DNA of 64,000 nucleotides, taken from contig JAAPAO010000132.1 in assembly GCA_013115145.1 (NCBI GenBank), forward strand, positions 2,729 to 66,728. The letters run 5' to 3'. Shown here in pieces: positions 36,734 to 51,900 of this stretch. The position numbers and the translations under genes were made by a program. Each line of letters starts with the position of its first letter. The stretch's first letter is position 1. The notes beneath the pieces were generated by a model. It searched no databases. It worked only from the letters and a program-made list of their open reading frames with translations, and was not told the origin of the DNA. Origin of the DNA: Perkinsus chesapeaki ATCC PRA-425. Taxonomy: Eukaryota; Protista; Perkinsozoa.

Positions 36734-37658
36734 CTAAAGAGGAGGGAGTTGGAAAATCTGCTCTCTAAGGAAACCGATTAGCGGCCAGCTTAGAAAGAAA
36801 AGGGGACCTACACGCATGTAGGCAGCAGTCCAACCAACAAAGAGACCTTTGAATCCTTCGGTTCTAGCAATAACCCTCACACTTGCCAGAACCGAAGCTG
36901 AATCACCCAGGCTCATCAACTTAGTGCGCATCACATCTACCGGCGCAGCCACTGTTGTGGCCAGGAGACCTGAGACTACACCGGGCACTAGGTTGGCAAC
37001 GGACCCTTCTGAAAATCCAAGTTGTGAGCATAAACGAGAGGCCTGTTCATAGCCTGTAACTTGCGCACATGTTACAAGGCCAGCCCTGAGACATGTTGCA
37101 TGGGCACCATGGAAAAGCGTGCCGGACTTAAAGAGAGATATAATAGCGAGCGAGACCGAAGGATAGGTGGGCTTGGCACCAATACAGCGACCAGTGAGGT
37201 AACGACCATCAGAGCCAATAAGACCAGCTTCGAACTGACAACGTATTTTTATGAGGTCGAAAGGGTTCCCTAGGAAGGATCCAACAATGCCAGTGAGGAA
37301 TGAGGATGTCACACACAAGGGAAGACTGGTAGAAGGCACACCGCTGAGTGAAGAAATGTATCCCTTAACTTCGGGATACAATCCAAGACGAAAAGCACCA
37401 TTAACAAAATCGGAAGCCATTGAAGCTTTTAACCCCGGCAGGAAGAGGCCCTTTAACCCATCACTCTGTAACTGAAAATAAAACAGCATTCGTACAGCAG
37501 GTGTTTACAGGAAAGCCTACTATCTTGGTGGCCGTCGTAAGGAGAGTCGATCCTCCTCCTTTAGTGGTCTGCATTCTGACCTTTATAACATCCATGGGAT
37601 TCAGCATACCCACCGTCAACGACATCGCAGCACCACATGCAAACCTAAATAACATCAC
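36734..37658 (-). CDS. Mitochondrial carrier (same clade), tandem copy 2; the first exon probably lies a little upstream (~37750-37800)
   Basis: LNPMDVIKVRMQ, DFVNGAFRLGLY, NPFDLIKIRCQ, APVDVMRTKLM and GWTAAYMRVGP; colinear with copy 1. Confidence 0.88.
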
Positions 37659-38013
37659 AGTGAGCTAGAGTCGTCATACCCCACTGCGAGATAGCTGTAT
37701 AGACCCCACAAGATGATAACCCACGCAGCAAGGCCCTTACATATTCTTATGCAAGGTAACATCATTCCCCTCACAACACGCCACTTTGTCGCTCTTAGGA
37801 TGCGAGTTCCGCAGAATGACCGAGAATAAATACAAACCTGGTCCAGCAGATATTGGTGCAGTTCTTACGGGGTTAATTATTGAACTTAACCAAAGGAAAT
37901 TGGAGTGACGTAGAAACTATTCCTAATAGGAACTGGTAGTAGTATTATCAACAGCAGTAGAAGCAGTGGAGGTATTCTACACTAGAGGACGTTATTTTAC
38001 GTTAGGCCAAAGG

Positions 38014-41000
38014 TTAGCCAAGCATCTTCAATGCCTCGGCCTCGAGGTCGGCCATTTCATCATCATCATCATCATCATTAACAGCATCAGACTTTTGTCT
38101 CTTATTCGCTGGTTCTTCTGATGACCACCTGAACCTCCCCAAAATGCCTCAATACTTCCACTTCACATAGCTTACCCTTCTCCCTCGCTACCATCATCAT
38201 CAGGGCTACCCAATACAGCACCGACCATCTCTTCTTCCTCCTCCTCGCCATCTACTGCTTTCTTCCGTTTCAGTTTCTCCTTTATCTTCCTATGCTTCTC
38301 TTGCACCTACAACAAGCACCCCATACCGTTACCTCGCCTAGCCATACCGACTTTTTCCTTCATCAGCCTTTTATCTTCCTCCTCTCTCTCCTCCACCTTT
38401 TGCCGCATAGAATCGATAAATGCCTTCTTGGCAGCAGCGGCGCCTGCAGCACACAATAGCTGTCCCCTTTCCTCCAGCAACCACTCACTTTCCTCATCTT
38501 CCTCTCCTTCGCTTCGCTCTTCATTGTCGCTCTCATCATCAGCAAAGGTAAGATGTTGGTTCTTGCCAAGTCCACCAGTTCCCCTCACATATATAGATCC
38601 TACCATCCTTTCGTCACATCACCCTCACACGGCTCCCTTCCTACCATCTTTTCTAACTCGCAGTCTTCCCTTCTTCACAGCATCCCTCGCCCTCGCCTCA
38701 GCCTGGGTCTCCGGTTCCTCTTCGACATGTCTTTGTTCCTCCTGCTCCACAGTTACCTACGCCCAGTCCCTCAGAGAACACGAACACTGAGCAATGTCCG
38801 CATCCGCAAAGCTTTCGACACTCTTTATCATCCCATAAACTGTTCTATGAAAGATTTTCTATCACACCTCCACATTAGGGCCACCTTATGGGCCTCCTGA
38901 GGGCTTGATGAGACTCGGCTTGGCCTTGGTAAACCACCACCAATACCTTCCCTCCAATTCAGCTTACCAGGACATCATCATCCTCATCCTCTGCAGTTGC
39001 CTCCTCAGGAGCGCTTCCCTGGGCAGCAAACAGCTCTTGTTGTCGCTTCTGACGGCGCTCAAACTTGGACAGTTTAGTAGCTAAAGGACAACAATAAGGA
39101 GTGTCCTATCACTAGAGATCTATAGTTTTCTATTCTATTATTGCAGCAAGTCTAGAGTCCGCCGCCGAGCCCTGAAGGCTTTGATGATGCTGATATTTCA
39201 TACCTACCATCTGCTGGATTAAACATCATCACACATGAAGCTTTATTTTGAAAGCTATGGGCCAGATCGACGGCAAGCATGTTGCCAAGGTACTCTAGGT
39301 GACCCTATCTCACTATACACTTTCTAACACACAGTCGAGTTGCCCGTCGGGTTGGTACCCTTTTTGTCTTGTAAATCTTCCTGTAACTGTCCCCATCCAT
39401 TATCCTCCTCCTCTTCGTCCTTCTCCTCTCCTTCACCAACCAATGCCTTCTGTTTCTTAGCCAGCTTCTTTTGTCTGATCTTCTCCTTCAATCGCTGAAC
39501 CCAACAACAGCCGTTCTGCTGCCCTATGCCCCTAGAGGCACGTCGCCCACCTCCAACTTAGACATATTCTTCTTCTTTTTACCATCGACTAGCTCCTCCT
39601 GGGTGGGCAGCGTGATCGGTGGCGCCTCATGGAGCCCTAAAGCGCCACTTCCTTTTATCCGAGCCCTCCTCACCCAGGATGTCTTAAACGGATACCAGAA
39701 TTTCCCATAAACAATGCATTTGAAGGGTCCTTTCTAGCATCGGAACATGTTTTCTATCCTATTTCATTCTCCACATTAGGAGCACCTTCCCCTCAGGGAT
39801 ACATTCTTATGAGGCCAGATGATGATGACCGCCTGTTCCCACCTAGACTGTGCGCATAAGCATCGATCTCATCCTCCGATAATCTAGTCCGTCCAGCCAA
39901 TGCCACTGCTCTGGCATATACCTGTTCCACGCCTACACTCAAATGTTGCTGTAGTCTCCTACTTGGCATGCCTTTACAGCAAGATGCTTAACATCAGGCT
40001 CCGATGCCAATAAGCTCTGCAGCTTCCCAGTTATCTGTCACCAACTAACAGGCAACCTTCTTAGATATCGAGTTCCTACATTGAACATTCGTCGCCTATT
40101 TATCGATGTCACTCTAACATCCACCTTCTTCTGCTTCAACTCGGTAAGTAGCGACTCCTGCTCGGCCTGAATACGTCCTCCTCACACAAGAGCCAACGAC
40201 ACCATCTACCCCACCTCTGTGGCGAACATAAGAGCGTTCCCGTTCCTATCAAATCGAGCAGTCCTCCCAACTCGATGGATGTAGGTATCAGCGGTATCAG
40301 GGGCATCCATCTGTATCACCCAGTCAACCTAAAGAAGGAACGTTCACACCGAATTGAATGGCTTTCGGATGTATTGCATGCCCCATCATACACTAGCTAC
40401 ATAACCACTACCAACACTCGTACTTCAAGTATACTGCCTACTAGTTGACATAAAGTTACTATTATAATCTCATCTGATAGACTACGCTAATGATTACTAT
40501 AAGAAATATTAACACGTACTCGCGATAGGAGCGCGGGAAATGTCTTTTCCATACCTACCTGTGGGAAGTCAACTCCCCTTGCCGCAACATCAGTACAGAT
40601 CAAACAGAGTCCCTTGTCCTTGGAGGCGAACTGGTCGAATACCTGCACTTCACCGTATCTTCTACGTCCTTCCTTCGTATACCAACCTTCATCCTCTTAT
40701 CCAGTGACATACCTCCATGGAGCTCTAGGACCGCCAAGCCTGGCCGAAGCCGGCGGAATGTCTCATAGAGGAAGCGCACCTAACAATAGTGATCAACAGC
40801 TACTCCACCAAGGCCATCTGCCTCACCTGCTTCGTGGCGCTGACAAACACTATAATTTTGGTCTGGGCATGGGTCTTGAGAAAGCTGAAGAGAGAGCTGA
40901 CCTTCTCCTCCAACTTCACTGTCATACACAACTGTCGAAGGCCGCTGGGGGTGGCCGAATTAAGATTCCGCGAAACCTGACATGAATGCCTGAACGAGGA

Positions 41001-42059
41001 ATTGAACCAGAGACCTTACGGATAGAAGCTCGGGGTTGTCCAATGCTAAGCTAGCCAGCTGTTGAACACTCGTGTGCATAGTCGCCGAGAACAGCAAAGT
41101 CTGCCTCTTTGGTGGAAGTGCCTCCAGGATAAGTTCGACTGTTCGCTTGAAGCCCAAGTCCAATATCCTATCACCGTCCAACTATATAACTCCTCAACCC
41201 TACCCGGCTACCTATCAGCCTCATCCAGTACCAACATTTGTACATTAGAAAGGTCACTGCCAGCGGTCTCCTCTATATGCTGCAGCAGCCGACCCGGAGT
41301 GCAGACGACAATCGACAAGGAAGGAAACACTTTCTGCTCCTCTTGGAACTTCCTTCCGCCAACAACACACCCTGCCGAGAAGTCATGGTGGCTGCCGACC
41401 TGCTGTAGAACTGTGAAGATCTGCGCGGAAAGCTCCCGCGTAGGGGATATCAGCACAGCACCTGAGCATCGATTCCACTCCCCGATACGGCTACCAGTGG
41501 GCTTACCAACACCATCCTCCGCGCTCCATCTTTGCCGATAGAGCTTCTCCAAAACAGGTATTATGAAAGCAAGGGACTTGCCACTGCCCGTCCTAGCTTC
41601 CCCAAGAACCTATATAGACTAAAGTAACGTGCTGACGCCGCCGACGCGATGGCATACGTCTCGGCCTGCTAAGGCATAGGGGATGGCACTCCTTTGTATG
41701 GGGGTCATCTTGGTAAAGCCATGGTCCTTGAGACCTAACTGAGTCTTCCTTGATATAGGCAGCTCACTAAAGGCATTGCCAGTAAGTACAGGGCCCAACG
41801 CTGAATCAACAACACTATCAATAATCGAAAGGCTATGAACACTACTTCGTCTCTGCTGCTGAGGCTGCTCCTCCTCCTCACTGTGAGCACTACCGTCCAC
41901 TATACCCCGACGACGCTCGAATTGATCGACACTCTCCCCCTATAATAGCAGTGAGATATAACACTACTGGGGAGGGCGACTTACTTCCCTAGGACACTCG
42001 ATGATAAGTCTGTTTTCCAAGTCAGCTATCTCAGCATCCTCTCTATGCCTTAAACCCAT
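38014..42059 (-). CDS. DBP4: DEAD-box RNA helicase DBP4/DDX10 (18S rRNA biogenesis)
   Basis: [27 protein letters not shown](T/S)[42 protein letters not shown] and [11 protein letters not shown], with an acidic/basic C-terminal tail ending EAEALKMLG*. The start may extend to ~42160. Confidence 0.92.
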
Positions 42060-42263
42060 TCTACGGTGCTCCCCTTTCTCAGATGAATCTGAATAGACTT
42101 ATTAAAAGTAACCATGAAAATGCATTTAAGGTTTCTTCCTCCTCTGGGAACGTATTCTTTCATCAATACATTTGTCATGTCCCTGCATTAGGGACCATCT
42201 TTGGCCCTCGAGGATTCCCCAAAGACTGAATGAACCCCCTCAAGTACCCACTAAGTGAGCTTG

Positions 42264-44352
42264 CTAACATCCTTCAGCGGTCAAACGAGGAGGCAACTCC
42301 AGGAAAATCAAAGCTGATAGAATGGCTCTACATCTCAAGCAAGTAGTTCTGCACGTAGTTCTCTCAACAGCTATGGCCCTATACTGTGAGCCCAGATCAC
42401 CCACAACGCTTATTACCATGTCTGCCCTTTCCTCCCTTTCCTTTTCCTTTGCCCTTCCCTTTACCCTTCCCCTTGCCTCCCTTCCGTCCTGGCTTACTGC
42501 CACTATAATGCTTTGTAGAAGGCTGTGCTGCTGCTGCCTGTGCTATGGCCATATACAATGACACTAATACCATTTAATACCACACTTGAACGCAATAACA
42601 TTCCCAACATAGCGGACAACACCTTCAGTAAGACACCAACGTAGGCAGGTCTCATGGCTCCTTTGTCCCCCCCACCGCAGCAAGCAGCTTAAGCATCTCC
42701 ACACCCTCCGACCGTCCTATTCACCACTGCCCGCCTAACAGCCCTCACTGCAGTACCTTCATTTGCCAGCAGCCTAGCATGATCTACCGCCTTCATCCCT
42801 CCTATATCGATAGCATTGTCACTAAGACACCCTTGCTCTAGCAATAAATCAAGTAACTGATCACAGCCATACCGTAACCTCCGCCGAAACTCTCAACCTT
42901 AGGAATGCCGCTCTTCACAGCGTCTATCAGTAAGCTGCCCGGAGGCCGCCTAAGATGCCTGATATCCAAGGAAGCCCCCGCTGCTAGTAACGTCTCCACA
43001 CACTCCACCTTCCCAAGCATAACAGCAATACTCAATGCCGTACCTGAATCCTATCCAAGCTCCACAGACATCCCTAGGCCCTACAGGTATTTAAAGTGTC
43101 CTCTGAGCCCTGTGGTAAGGCGACTCTGGGCAACAATGCGACTGTATCAATCTCAGCACCAGACTCCCAAAGTGTCCGAATCAACTACAAGCTGTTAACT
43201 ACTACCCTCCCGCCCTGGTAGCTACCTTGTCATGGCCCGCAGCTGCTGCTAGGATAATAGGAACTGCTCTGGGCTCCAATATGGGGGATCTTACAGGCTC
43301 GGGCGATACAGAGTCAAAAGCACCATTCAAGTCAGCTCCGGCCTTTATGAGAATTTGGGCCACTTTTGGGTCATCCTTTCTGCTGGAGCACAAAAAACAC
43401 CTGCGTACTGCTGTATCATGGATAATCGACATATCGGCCAAACCACAGATAATAAAACCAACGATCAAGCTTACAAAGCCGCAGTGAGCTGGTCACGAGT
43501 AGGAGCCCTCCTATCTATAATATCCTCTATAACACTATAAAGCTGCCTATCACAGGCATCCAATAGTACCTAAGAGGCTACTGTACACCTTGCCTCGTTA
43601 AACAGGCTTCACTTCACTAACAATGCTCGTTGCGTTATCTTTAAGGATTCTATCTACGTCATCTGATACCCCTCCGTCGACCATCTCCTTATACGTATAT
43701 TTAAGCCCCACTGTCCTTACCAATAACTCCACCTATCAACCCTATCAATTACCCCATTTATCAACGTCTCCTTACCACAGAGCCATGCCCAGCCTTAGCC
43801 GCCAGCATTATGGCCGTATTGCCCTTCATACCGTCTCTAGCATTAGAATCTATTCCTGGTACAGACAACAGTAGTTTGGAGACCTCCAAATGCCTAAGTC
43901 TGAGGATCGGCATAAATCCGGGCCGGAATGCTACCCTTGCGAGGCTGCATGCATTAAAGGTGTTCGGCCCCACTCATCAACCTCATTCACATCTGCACGC
44001 ACGCTCAAAAGATACCTATCCCGAGGTCACCTCCGCACTCTGAAGAATTGAAGCTCCCTACTTGACAACAGGTAAATGGCCATAGTAGGCTGCTTCTATT
44101 AAAGCAGTACGGCTATGTCTTCCCCGCTGCCTAATATCAGCCCCTTGAGATTTATGCAGTTCCATAACAACATCTACGTTGCCCTTTGCTGCGGCCCAAA
44201 CCTACGTGCATGGACTTTTCAAGCATCAACCTAAGATTCCCCTTTAATACCAGCCTTTCCCCCGCGAATGGATCAACACCTCCAGTCATCTCTCCACTCT
44301 GCATCTTTAATAGAGTCTGTTGATGGCTGCTATCATTAATGCTTAAGGACAT
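42264..44352 (-). CDS. Ankyrin-repeat protein, multi-exon
   Basis: Repeated ankyrin motifs: TALIEAAYYGHL, GNTAIMLAAKAGHGSVV, PIILAAAAGHDKV and TALSIAVMLGKVECVETLLAAGA. Confidence 0.85.
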
Positions 44353-44895
44353 CTAAAACCAAATTCAGGGCACCTAGCCTTATACAAAAACCGTCGATCC
44401 TCCCAGAAACGACTCGCTGTCGTTTCCTTGTTGATGCCTTTTAGAAAGTAATAGGCGGGGATAAGAAGAGCCCATAAATCGGAGATATACGATGGAAAAA
44501 CGTCTGTCACCCTAAGTTGAAGTTAACAGCGGAGCGAAGCGTTTCGTGTTTACCGATTTCAACTCGATCGATCTGGGAACTAGTTAATCTTGCGCTCTTG
44601 AGTGCTTCATCCAAATATTCAGCCTCAGCATGTCGATCGTTCATCAGGATACTATCTTACATACTTCCTAGCATCTTTTATCAAATTAGATCCTTTGGAG
44701 GTCGATCGGTGGTCGCAGTGGAGCTCCTGTTACTTTCCTTTAATTTGCGATCATCCCCCTATTGATACGCTTCCCCCTAACAGGTGCTCTATAGCAGTAG
44801 CGCTTTTGCAGACTACTTGTGATTCGCTAGGGATTGTTGGTATCTTTCATCAGCTTTTGATTCCCGCTTGACTACTCCATCATTTGTAACACCAT

Positions 44896-46631
<1,736 letters not shown>

Positions 46632-46945
46632 GATGTGGCTCTACAAGAGTACGGTTTATTGTAGCTGTTGTTTACGGTGGCCTTATTATTTTCGCCAAAC
46701 CTATCACTACGGCGGCCACCTGGCCAATATAATGTGTACATTTCACCTGCTCCTCCTCTCCCCTTATTATCACATCCCCCCAGCCTAAATAGGTTACGCC
46801 ACCTATGAGGCGCGACCATGGAGAGGCCATAGTCCAGCAGCAGCAGCTGTATTAGATAATGCATTTAATGATCATCATCTTATCATCATTTGCATTGGGT
46901 TTATTCTTGAACAATTAGGGGATGGAATAGAATTATAAACAAGTT

Positions 46946-48530
46946 ATGTCTAGTTCATCATCAACTCACCAGCTAGTCACTCCCCTAGCTCCATCGCATC
47001 GGTCGCTGGTCACCCTCGCCGCCGCAGCAGCAGGCACTGCGATGCTTGCAGGCATCTGGTGCTATAAACGACAACACCGGTGCGCAATACTGGACGAGGA
47101 CTACCCGCTTGATGGCTTGTCCGATGCCGACCTTCGTAAGAGGATAATGGTACAGGAAAAGAAGGCTAAGAGATATGGGTCGTTGGTCTCGGTGCCGACA
47201 ACGGAGCAGTTTGTTGGTGGGGGCTGGGTTAAGGTAGCGGAGAGCTTGAAGTGGAAGCCTAAGGGTTCCAGCGCGACCAAGAGGAATCCGTTCCTGCCCC
47301 CCTACGAGCCGGGCCTTTGTGTGGGTGATCTGGAAGAGACAGGTCATCGCTTGTTATTAAATAAATACGCTGTGATGCCGGGCCACTTGCTGGTTGTTAC
47401 TAAACTATACTTCAATCAAAATGATTCCCTAACATGGGCAGATTTAAAAGCAGTACATAGGGTACTAGAGGCACTAGGGGACAAGGCTGTGGCCTTCTTC
47501 AATCATGGCCCGCAGTCGGGCTTTAGTCAAGGACATAGGCATATACAGGTAATAGCGAACCTAGTTACTTGTCATCCGAGGTTCCTTGGAAATATTATAT
47601 ATCATTTATTATTTTGTTAGATTGTACCTAATGTCGAGTATCCATTGGAGGAAGATTACAGAGAGGGTGCTCAACTAGGATTTAAATACACTACAAGGCC
47701 AACCGCCACCGTTGATGCGATTGATTCGGTAAAAGGCCCTCAATGGGGTTCGAACCTGCGACTCTTTCATCAGGCTCTTAGTGAGTTGGGTTTGACATGG
47801 TCTCCGGACAGCAGCTTCAATATGCTTTGGACGCTGAATGGGCCACTGGTGGTCATCCCTAGATCAAGAGACGAGACCAAGGAAGGAGGCGTTGGAATAA
47901 ACGGCGTCGGGTAGTTGAGAGAGAGACTTTCGTGTTTGGGTTTCGGGTTTTTGGAACTGGATTGTCGTGAAGTGATACGAGCGGCGGTCGTAGTTCTGAA
48001 GCATATCTGGACGTCCGGTGCCCACTGATAGTGGTTGGGCTCTTTTCTACTGTATATCAGCGCCGCCCTCAGCCGAGCAATTCAGCCGTGGTGCTGCTCC
48101 ACGTTGCTTCATATTGATCGATAGGTTATGTGGTCAACAACGGATTAGGTTACTGTCGATAAGTCAGCGACCGATTTCGCTGGGTGGGGTTCAACTATCA
48201 TGGTTCTTAAATCTACGTAACAAAAAGGACTGGAAAGCCTTCTATTGGCCAATCAATTGGGCGCTTGTAGCCGATGCCGAGTTTCCGACTAACCACATCG
48301 ATACTCAATACATATGTTAGTCAGTAGGTTATATAACTGAATAGTATTTCGTATACCATTAGGACTTACGATGAGCTCGTCTAAGCTGATAAATGTTTTC
48401 ATTCTGTTTAGGTTTACCGGTTCCCTTTTCGTCAAGACAGCTTCTCAACTGAATACTGTGAGGCAGTTAAGAGTCCTTGGCGTAATAAGGGAGGGGTTGG
48501 GGGGGCGTGCCTTGGGGTACTGTGGATGAA
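46946..48530 (+). CDS. ATP adenylyltransferase / Ap4A phosphorylase (Apa1/2-like HIT family) with an N-terminal hydrophobic anchor
   Basis: NPFLPPYE, HRLLLNKYAVMPGHLLVVT, AFFNHGPQSGFSQGHRHIQ (HxHxQ), FNMLWT...VIPRS and GINGVG|FTGSLFV. The 3' end is uncertain (about 48527 or 48597). Confidence 0.88.
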
Positions 48531-48999
48531 GGATGGGGGAGGACAGGATGTACATTATGAGGATGTGATTAGAGAGACAGTTAAAATAATATTTTAGTAA
48601 TTGATTCAAGTAATTGTTTAGTTTATTTCTTATAGCATTAGCTCAATTGAAATTTAATTTTCGTAAATCTAACTTCATGAGCATCTTCGGCCAACTGCTA
48701 CTTTGATTTCATCTTCAACGAAAGGATATCAAAGCTTTTGTTTTGGCCTAGGAAACGGTGTTGTGAGTAAAACTGATTAGGTACTCCGCGAGGTAGGCAT
48801 ACGGGCCGCCAAGCTGTGAATAAGATACCCTCCCACTTATTGTCATCAAACCACTGTCAATTACAGTTGTACTACTAGTAATACTGGTCAGTTGATATTA
48901 AACTGTTTCCTATATACGCAGAGTGTTGAGCTTGTCAAGCATCGGGAGTACTCTCTTCAGAGTATTAATTTAAGGTGGAGTGTTGTTGACCTTATAGGA

Positions 49000-51900
49000 A
49001 TGGAAATAGAACAGCAAATGGGGCAAGTGCCTCTGCCTCGGTTTGGGCACACTTGTACCCTTATCGGTGAAGCCAGGGTTGTCTTATTCGGTGGAGCTAC
49101 TGGTGATACTGGAAGGTACTAGTTAGGTTTAATAAGACGTTTGCTGAAGTACGGCTAGATACAATATTACTGATGACACTTACGTGCTCAACGTTGAGTC
49201 TAATGTATGGAAAAGGATTGACATGCGGAAAGACTATAGTAACAGGTTTGGGTTGGGAAGCATAACTGATTTTGTATTATTGCGTAGGTTCCCCAACACC
49301 AAGTCCAAGAGCTGCTCATGCGGCTGTCTGCGTTGACCATATGCAACTGGTAGGTTATGGGTCATGGAGTATCTTTTTTATAGAAGTTTTCATTGGCCTT
49401 GGTAACGTTGGCGAGAGCCAGGCCCCAGCTGTCTCTTCGCTCAACAATACCGTCCCGTAATACATAGGTTCGGAAAGATATTACACCCCACTATGCACTT
49501 GACACAACATTTCCGCCAATTTTGAATCAGAATTGAGGATCTATGAGTGTCAAAGATTCGATATTTCGAGTTTTCTTGGTTGGTCGGTTGTGTTGTTGGT
49601 ATTATTACAATCTTTAGGTTGTCTTTGGTGGAGCTACTGGAGGCGGCAGTCTCAGCAATGATGATTTGTAATAATCAACATCACCACCAATAGCAGTATC
49701 GCTCTAATAGCAGTGTGGTAGGTATCTACTGGATTACCGTAATGAAGATAGGCCCGAATGGGTGGCTATACCAGTGGGGAAGGGCCCAACCCCGGGGAAG
49801 CGGTAATGCTCTAAGGAGTTATCATTACTTTAAGGCTTCCTCAGTTATGGCCATACTATGGTATTTCATAAGCCTGTATTGATAGTGTACGGTGGGAACA
49901 ACGGCACAGTAGGCAACAGCAGCAGCCTGTCCGCGGGTGGGGACAGCAGTTTTGCGTGCTGGTTTAGGAAACATTATCGGACGTATGGATACTCGATGTG
50001 GATCGGTCACCCTTCTTGTGGAATAAAGTTGAGCCTGTTGGTGGTGGGAAGCCTTCACCTCTTCCCAGAGTAAGTTATGTTCGCTCTTCTGTGGGCCTGC
50101 GAGGGGACAGGGTAAAGTTTGTTGGGTAACCTCTGCAGAAATCGACAGAAATGATGATCAGCGCCGAATTCGCTGTGGCTTTATCTTAGCATAGAATGCA
50201 GAGTCCTAGAAATCCTCCCCACCGTTTGACTTATTGAGCAACTGACTGTTCTAATCCCAATAAGTCAGTCTACTGTCACCCATCCGTTGGTGATAGCGTC
50301 TTTGTAAAACACGTCCATGCTTAGGCGTATCACTCGGCCGATGTTTGCCGTGAAGGGCCAGCCACAGGTATGATGGTGGTCTTTGGGGGTCGAACAGGAG
50401 ACAACCAATCGCTTAGTGATGCATGGGGGCTTCGACAACACAGGGACGGCAGGTGGGCTGCTGGTGTATCGGTCACGTGTCACCTGGCAGCTGTGTTCCT
50501 TTTAGGTGGGATTGGGTTGAAGCTCCCACTAAAAAAGGGGAGCCCCCGGAGCCTCGATTCCAGCATGTCGCAGTCTTTGCTCATACAAAGCTTATAATAG
50601 GTAATGACCGGATGCTTATCACTAACGTGTATCCCCATGCAGTTGGCGGCCGGTCTGGTGATGTGAGCCGTTCACTGGCGACATGTGTTTATGATACAGA
50701 GCAATGTGAATGGCGAGAGATCCCAAGCGTTGAACGCTTCCGGCATGCCACGTGGATGCTGGGGCCTTTACTCTTCTCGTAAGGTGGCTTTGTTGTTTCC
50801 CGCACTGGCACTAGTGTGGGAGATCAGGTACGGAGGGTTCAATCACGTGCATCCATCAGCTCCAACCAACGACCTTCAGCTTTTGGACATCGAACGGGTG
50901 CGTCATGAGGTTTCGATCTCCTTCTTCCTCATCTGTGGTGGCGCAGGCGATGGGGCTGGTTTTACCGAGAGCCGCTGTACCTCCTCAACCACCTCCGACT
51001 GTTATACCTGAACAACAACAACACCAACGAGCAGCAGCAGGAAATAATTATGACTCTGTGATGGCTGATGCGAGACCACAGCAGATGGATTATGTAAGTG
51101 GCTATGAGGCGCGCTTTGGTGACGTATCTCGTAAACCCAACATAAGCCAGCCGATGGTTCACGCATTCGGAAGGAACGTACCGCCTGCTTACTGCTTGGT
51201 GTTGGGACACGATTCTTGGTGTAAATGATGGAGGGTTCCAAGGGGCGATATAATCTTCTATAATGGGCAAAATTATGGAAATATGAAAAGAAGTGAGCTG
51301 AAGTGCCTGGCATCATTTCAGAGTTACCAAGGAGCACCACGGCCGCCTTCGTCCGGTCGGTCATCCCAATCTCCATCAGTGCTCAGAGAGACCTTAGAGC
51401 AACAGTCCAAGTCAGGCATTTGGAGCCAGATAGGCGCACCAGCGTTGGCAGATAAGGTTTATATAGCAAGTGACCGGGACGCTTCTTCTACTGTGAGTCG
51501 ATCTATTTGAGGGGCCTGTGAAATATCTAATTTGGTCAGGTGCATCAAATTGGTCTAGATGCTTTGGGAGAGGAATCAAAGCGGATTAGACCGCCCGGAT
51601 CGCGACCGACAGTAACCCCGACCAGGGCACGGCCATCCGATGAAGGATCCCTACATCACTTTGTAAGTTTGTAGTTACTGATAATAATAGTAAAAATATA
51701 AGTTAGTAGGATAGTTATTATCAATAATAGCATTACTGATGCATTCTTATATCACCAGCTTGCTTCCTTGCACTCAACGTGTGAAATGAGTGGGGCATGA
51801 GCACATAGGAAATGAAATATCGGACACCTAGATTCCACACAGCCTTCATGCTCAGCTGCTACCTGCGCTCTACTCTTGGTGTAAAGGTTCTACATGCACA

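Noticed and set aside
42100-42125. Possible GC-AG intron extending the DBP4 N-terminus
   Set aside because: It gives an open frame, but an in-frame ATG at 42059 suffices; undecidable without transcripts.
47745-47765. GGGTTCGAACC B-box-like tRNA motif
   Set aside because: It lies inside a coding exon (WGSNLRLF) and has no surrounding cloverleaf.
47935-47955. Telomere-like TTTGGGTTTCGGGTTTTT
   Set aside because: Only about two degenerate units; most likely simple intronic sequence.
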